A DNA stretch of 64,000 nt from an uncultured Planctomycetota bacterium. Its GTDB lineage: Bacteria; Planctomycetota; Phycisphaerae; Tepidisphaerales; Tepidisphaeraceae. Positions within the stretch are counted from its first letter, which is position 1. Each line of letters opens with the position of its first letter. The notes under the pieces were generated by a model that saw only the letters and a list, made by a program, of their open reading frames with translations, ran no database searches and was not told the DNA's origin. The stretch spans positions 1,184,001-1,248,000 of the forward strand of contig CAWJEN010000005.1 of assembly GCA_963841915.1 (NCBI GenBank). The letters run 5' to 3'. The position numbers were made by a program, and so were the translations under genes. Of this stretch, positions 59,794 to 64,000 are shown piece by piece.

Positions 59794-59998
59794 CCTCAGC
59801 TTTATCTTCCGGCGGCGTTGGACTTACGCTCTCTTCTCTGCCCTGACGACGGCCGCAGGATGCGGCTTGATCATCGCTTGGAATGACGGTTTCTCGGTAG
59901 TCCGCTACGTCTTCGCCGTGACTGCAACCGCTTCCTTGTTATTCCCGCTCGTGCTTTGGATGACGCCGCCGGTGTCGAAAAGCAGGGGCCGCATCTAG
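59786..59998 (+). CDS. Putative small two-TM membrane protein (CTG start; not in the ORF track)
   Basis: Open frame LPDLSFIFRRRWTYALFSALTTAAGCGLIIAW-NDGFS-VVRYVFAVTATASLLFPLVLWMTPPVSKSRGRI*. It fills the hicB-sufC gap and has purine-rich AAGAAAGAGG upstream. Confidence 0.45.
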   Translation: MPDLSFIFRRRWTYALFSALTTAAGCGLIIAWNDGFSVVRYVFAVTATASLLFPLVLWMTPPVSKSRGRI

Positions 59999-60006
59999 TT
60001 TTGAAT

Positions 60007-60768
60007 ATGCCACTCCTCGAAATCAAAGATCTTCACGCCGAAGTCCCCGGCCGAACCATCCTCAAGGGCGTCAACCTCACCATGAACGAGGGCGAAGTCC
60101 ACGCCATTATGGGCAAGAACGGCAGCGGCAAGAGCACGCTGTCGCAGGTGCTCATGGGCAAGGAGAGCTACGAGGTCACCTCGGGCTCCATCCGCTACAA
60201 GGGCCAGGACCTGCTCGAGCTCTCGACCGAGGACCGGGCACGGGAGGGCATGTTCATCGCCTTCCAGTACCCCGTCGAAATCCCCGGCGTCTCGACGAGC
60301 TACTTCCTCCGCGCGGCCGTCAACGAGATCCGCAAGCACCAGGGCAAGCCCGAGCTGTCGGCGGCTGAGTTCATCAAGATGGTCCGCGAGAAAATGACGG
60401 CCCTCAAGATGGACCCGAGCTTCATGCAGCGGGCCGTCAACGAGGGCTTCAGCGGCGGCGAGAAGAAGCGCAACGAGGTCTTTCAGATGCTCGTCTGCGA
60501 CCCCCAATTCTGCATCATGGACGAGACCGACAGCGGCCTTGACATCGACGCGCTGCGGATCGTGGCCGAGGGTGCCAACGCCCTCCGCGACGGCAAGCGG
60601 TCGATGCTCGTCGTCACGCACTACAAGCGGCTGCTCGAGTACCTCAAGCCCGACTACGTCCACGTCATGATCGACGGCCGCATCGTCAAGACGGGCGGCC
60701 CGGAGCTCGCTGATCACCTCGAGCAGGAGGGTTACGAGGAGTTCGAGCGCGAGGTCGTTACCGCCTGA
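60007..60768 (+). CDS. sufC: Fe-S cluster assembly ATPase SufC
   Basis: MGKNGSGKST, FQYPVEIPGV, VNEGFSGGEKKRNE, DETDSGLDIDAL, VTHY. Confidence 0.97.
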   Translation: MPLLEIKDLHAEVPGRTILKGVNLTMNEGEVHAIMGKNGSGKSTLSQVLMGKESYEVTSGSIRYKGQDLLELSTEDRAREGMFIAFQYPVEIPGVSTSYFLRAAVNEIRKHQGKPELSAAEFIKMVREKMTALKMDPSFMQRAVNEGFSGGEKKRNEVFQMLVCDPQFCIMDETDSGLDIDALRIVAEGANALRDGKRSMLVVTHYKRLLEYLKPDYVHVMIDGRIVKTGGPELADHLEQEGYEEFEREVVTA

Positions 60769-60870
60769 GCCGTGTGGCAGTGAGTGAAGAAACTGGCGAG
60801 GCTGGCGGCACTGTGCCGTGGCCGTAGATGTTCGTGAAAATGGAGAGGGCGTCAGTCCCTACACTCCCGC

Positions 60871-62301
60871 GTGAGTTCCGAGAAGCCGATGACCCAGCTT
60901 GCAGAAGATTCCCCCGCCATCCAGCGTGCTGTCCCCGCCGCCAAGCCGGGTGATGTGCAGCAGTCGCACCTCGATGCGGCCCACGCGTTTGCTCAGGAGG
61001 CCATTGGGCCTGATTGGCTTAAGGACGTGCGCGAGCGGGCGGTTCGTGTCTTCGAAAGGCGTGGGTTCCCCGGGAAGCGTGACGAGGCGTTTCGGTACAC
61101 GAACATGCGAGCAGTGGTCGGCACACGCTTCGCGCTCGGCACCGGTGACGAGGCCGCAGCCAAGGCGTTTGTGGACGAATATCGGATCGATGATGCGCTT
61201 GTGACGCTGGTGGTTGTCGACGGCCGCTTCAGTGCCGCCCTCAGCACCTCGGCCGACCTTCCCGACGGCGTCGCCCTCGGCGATCTAATGGACGCGGCCG
61301 ATCATGAAACCGTCCGTGACCATCTGACTCGGCAGGCGGACGTGGAGAAGAATCCCTTCGTCGCACTCAACACCGCCTTCCTGGGCGGCGGGGCAGTAAT
61401 CTCAGTCGCGAGTGGCGTCACGATCGACAAGCCGATCCACGTCCTGCACGTCAACACGGGTAAGTCCGCAATCGATGCTGCCGCTGTCGCCTACCCGCGG
61501 CTGCTCGTCGTCGCCGGTGACCAGGCAAACTTCTCGCTGGTCGAGACATTTACAGGACCTGCAGACACGACGTACCTGACCAACGCTGTCACGGAGATTG
61601 TCGCCGGCGACCACTGCGAGATCGACCACAACAAGCTCAACGCCGAGGGCGACAAGGCCCTGCACGTGGCGACGATGGAGGTGACGATCGGCACCGAAAC
61701 CAGGTTCGTCGACCACAACTCGACCATCGGCAGCCTGCTGACGCGTAATGACCTCAACTGCCACCTCGCCGGCCGGGCGGCTGACGCGACGCTCAGCGGC
61801 GTCGTCATTCTTGGCGGTGATCAACACTGTGATAATCACACGCTGCTCGACCACCAGGAGCCCGACTGCCCGAGCTTCGAGCTCTACAAGCATGTGCTCG
61901 ACGACAGGTCGACCGGCATCTTCAAGGGCCAGATTTTCGTGGCGCAAAAGGCACAGAAGACGGACAGCAAGCAGTCGAGCCGCACGCTGCTGCTCAGCCG
62001 CGACGCCCAGATGCAGAGCCAGCCGGCCCTGGAGATCTACGCCGACGACGTCAAGTGCACGCACGGCAGCACGACCGGCCCGCTCGACGAGGGCAGCGTC
62101 TTTTACCTCAACAGCCGAGGCGTGAGCACAGAGACCGCCCGCCGCTTGCTCACATACGCGTTCGCTGCAGACGTGACGCGACGCATCAAGGTCGACGCCG
62201 TCCGCCAGCGGGTCGAGGACTACATGGCCAAGCAGCACGGCCTGCCGACAGACTTCCGTATCCAGGAACTGACTGGCGCGACCGAGGACGTTGTCTTCTA
62301 G
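60871..62301 (+). CDS. sufD: Fe-S cluster assembly protein SufD
   Basis: E.FRYTN, FVALNTAF, GIFKGQIFV..KAQKTDS, PALEIYADDVKCTHGST, FYLNSRG. Confidence 0.95.
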   Translation: MSSEKPMTQLAEDSPAIQRAVPAAKPGDVQQSHLDAAHAFAQEAIGPDWLKDVRERAVRVFERRGFPGKRDEAFRYTNMRAVVGTRFALGTGDEAAAKAFVDEYRIDDALVTLVVVDGRFSAALSTSADLPDGVALGDLMDAADHETVRDHLTRQADVEKNPFVALNTAFLGGGAVISVASGVTIDKPIHVLHVNTGKSAIDAAAVAYPRLLVVAGDQANFSLVETFTGPADTTYLTNAVTEIVAGDHCEIDHNKLNAEGDKALHVATMEVTIGTETRFVDHNSTIGSLLTRNDLNCHLAGRAADATLSGVVILGGDQHCDNHTLLDHQEPDCPSFELYKHVLDDRSTGIFKGQIFVAQKAQKTDSKQSSRTLLLSRDAQMQSQPALEIYADDVKCTHGSTTGPLDEGSVFYLNSRGVSTETARRLLTYAFAADVTRRIKVDAVRQRVEDYMAKQHGLPTDFRIQELTGATEDVVF

Positions 62302-62340
62302 AACCGTCGCGACCCGCCGAGCTGGCCATGGAGGATGCGG

Positions 62341-62793
62341 CTAGTCCTTCGACGAGCCGACAAGGTTTCGCCACGACATCTTGATGGACTCGAGCAGCGT
62401 GACTTCCTTGAAGTCGCGAAACTCTCCGGCGTCGAAGAACGTTCCGTGTCCGTCCTGGCACATCTCATATTCGATGTGCGGCTGCTCGGCATCCTGAATC
62501 GTCGTCATCGGGCCGCTGCACCGCGGGCACTTCATCTTCAAGACAGATGTCGCAGCCTTTTCTGCGGCCTTGGCACGGTTGGTGCCACTGTCAATGGACT
62601 CGCTTCCGGTGAGGCCTTTCAGGCGTTCCACCTCGCCGTCATCGAACCACAGTCCATCGCACGTGGGGCAGCGGTCGACGCTGATACGTGCGAATTCAAC
62701 CTTTTCCATCGGCACCTGGCACTTCGGGCACACGAGCGTCGTCGAGTCGTGCGTGGTGCTGCTGGCGGTCATTGGTGGCGGCATGTGCAGCAT
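62341..62793 (-). CDS. Tandem zf-TFIIB-like zinc-ribbon protein
   Basis: CPKCQVPM...VDRCPTCDGLWFDDGE and CPRCSGPM...CQDGHGTFFDAGE. Start uncertain. Confidence 0.85.
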   Translation of the reverse strand: MLHMPPPMTASSTTHDSTTLVCPKCQVPMEKVEFARISVDRCPTCDGLWFDDGEVERLKGLTGSESIDSGTNRAKAAEKAATSVLKMKCPRCSGPMTTIQDAEQPHIEYEMCQDGHGTFFDAGEFRDFKEVTLLESIKMSWRNLVGSSKD

Positions 62794-62908
62794 CTTCGCC
62801 TACCCGACCGAATGAGACTACTGCGTTTCTGCTCGCCGATCGGGATGTTGACGGTGGCGAATGGGTGAGCGGTTGCGTCAACTGCCGCTTTGTGGCCCAA
62901 TGCTAACC

Positions 62909-63967
62909 ATGAGCACCTACGAGGCAGTCGGAGACCGTTACAAGGCGAGGCATGACGGTTGGTTCCGGCGCGCAGGGCGGTCCGGGCTGAAGCTGCCTGC
63001 CGTGTCGCTGGGCCTGTGGCACAACTTCGGCGAGGCCGGGACTGATTCCGCCAAACACGGCGACGAAACGTCCATGCACGAGAGCGCTCGAAAGATCGTC
63101 TTCGCCGCCTTTGACGCCGGCATCACGCACTTCGACCTCGCCAACAACTACGGCCCGCCACCGGGCAGTGCAGAGGAGCGTTTTGGTCGCATTCTCAAAG
63201 ACGACCTGGCCAGCTACCGCGACGAACTCATCATCAGCACCAAGGCTGGTTACGACATGTGGGACGGCCCCTACGGCGACTTCGGCAGCCGAAAGTATCT
63301 GCTCAGCTCGCTCGACCAGTCACTAACGCGGCTCGGCTTGGACTATGTCGACGTCTTCTACCACCACCGTCCGGATCCCGAGACGCCGCTCGAGGAGACG
63401 CTGGGCGCACTCGATCAAGCCGTCAAGAGCGGCAAAGCTCTCTACGCAGCCGTCAGCAACTACTCGGCCAACACGACCCAGCAGGCGGCGCACATCGTTC
63501 GGCGGGACGGGCTGTCGACGCTTGTGCTGCATCAGCCGCGTTACAACATGTTCGACCGCTGGATCGAACGCGGCGAGCGGACCGGCGACAGCCTGATCGA
63601 GGTGTGCGGCAACGAGGGCATCGGCATGATCCCGTTCAGCCCGCTCGATCAGGGCATGCTCACGGACCGCTATCTCGACGGTGTGCCTGATGACAGTCGG
63701 GCGGCAAGCTCGTCGCAATTTCTTCAGGCCGACAACATTGATCAAAAGAAAATCAGTCGCGCCAAGCAGCTTCAGGTCATCGCCATGGAGCGTGGCCAGA
63801 CGCTGGCCCAGCTAGCCATTTCATGGCTGATTCGGGACGACCGAGTGACAAGCGCCCTCATCGGCGCCAGTCGGGCATCGCAGGTAGTCGACGCGGCGAA
63901 GTCGCTGGAAGCCGGCCCGCTCGACGCCGAGACGTTAGAGCGAATCGAAAGTATTCTCGGGAGCTAG
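62909..63967 (+). CDS. Aldo/keto reductase (YghZ/L-glyceraldehyde-3-phosphate reductase-like)
   Basis: GRSGLKLPAVSLGLWHNFG, FDLANNYGPPPGSAEE, ISTKAGYDMW.GPYG, HQPRYNM, FSPLDQG. Confidence 0.93.
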   Translation: MSTYEAVGDRYKARHDGWFRRAGRSGLKLPAVSLGLWHNFGEAGTDSAKHGDETSMHESARKIVFAAFDAGITHFDLANNYGPPPGSAEERFGRILKDDLASYRDELIISTKAGYDMWDGPYGDFGSRKYLLSSLDQSLTRLGLDYVDVFYHHRPDPETPLEETLGALDQAVKSGKALYAAVSNYSANTTQQAAHIVRRDGLSTLVLHQPRYNMFDRWIERGERTGDSLIEVCGNEGIGMIPFSPLDQGMLTDRYLDGVPDDSRAASSSQFLQADNIDQKKISRAKQLQVIAMERGQTLAQLAISWLIRDDRVTSALIGASRASQVVDAAKSLEAGPLDAETLERIESILGS

Positions 63968-64000
63968 GCCAGGACGTCCGCAGCGGCGATGAGCGTGCGC

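Noticed and set aside
1..64000. tRNA, rRNA, CRISPR arrays, IS elements, prophage
   Set aside because: No cloverleaf or T-loop signatures, regularly spaced repeats, transposase, integrase or phage genes were noticed by eye; short RNAs could have been missed.

Overview
This is a GC-rich bacterial chromosomal segment with about 57 CDS. It is most consistent with Planctomycetota (Phycisphaerae-like), given the PEP-CTERM proteins, an LE-x-R-x-LL extracellular motif, dockerin-type duplicated Ca-binding repeats, DUF1559-like prepilins and DUF1570. I saw no rRNA, tRNA, CRISPR, transposase or phage genes. Housekeeping genes include msrB, murA, dacB, metK, hisD, xylB, yidD, an RluA-family synthase, a DEAD-box helicase and iscA/sufA-sufB-sufC-sufD. 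Main observations: (1) A SusCD-free carbohydrate locus at 6.7-14.2 kb (LacI, prepilin, three PEP-CTERM proteins, GH10). Three of its genes carry a LacI-type operator palindrome over an ATG, and three of its proteins share an unnamed ~230-aa domain. (2) At least 23 genes have a TANNNT hexamer 5-8 nt before the start codon and no clear Shine-Dalgarno, suggesting pervasive leaderless expression. (3) Two perfect parS palindromes lie at 37.3 kb. (4) A polysaccharide operon led by a NusG paralogue contains a WecA-GT4 fusion. (5) A hicAB pair plus a small membrane ORF is inserted between sufB and sufC. Six single-base frameshifts suggest uncorrected assembly indels, so disrupted genes should be treated cautiously. 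All calls come from reading motifs by eye; no database searches were run.
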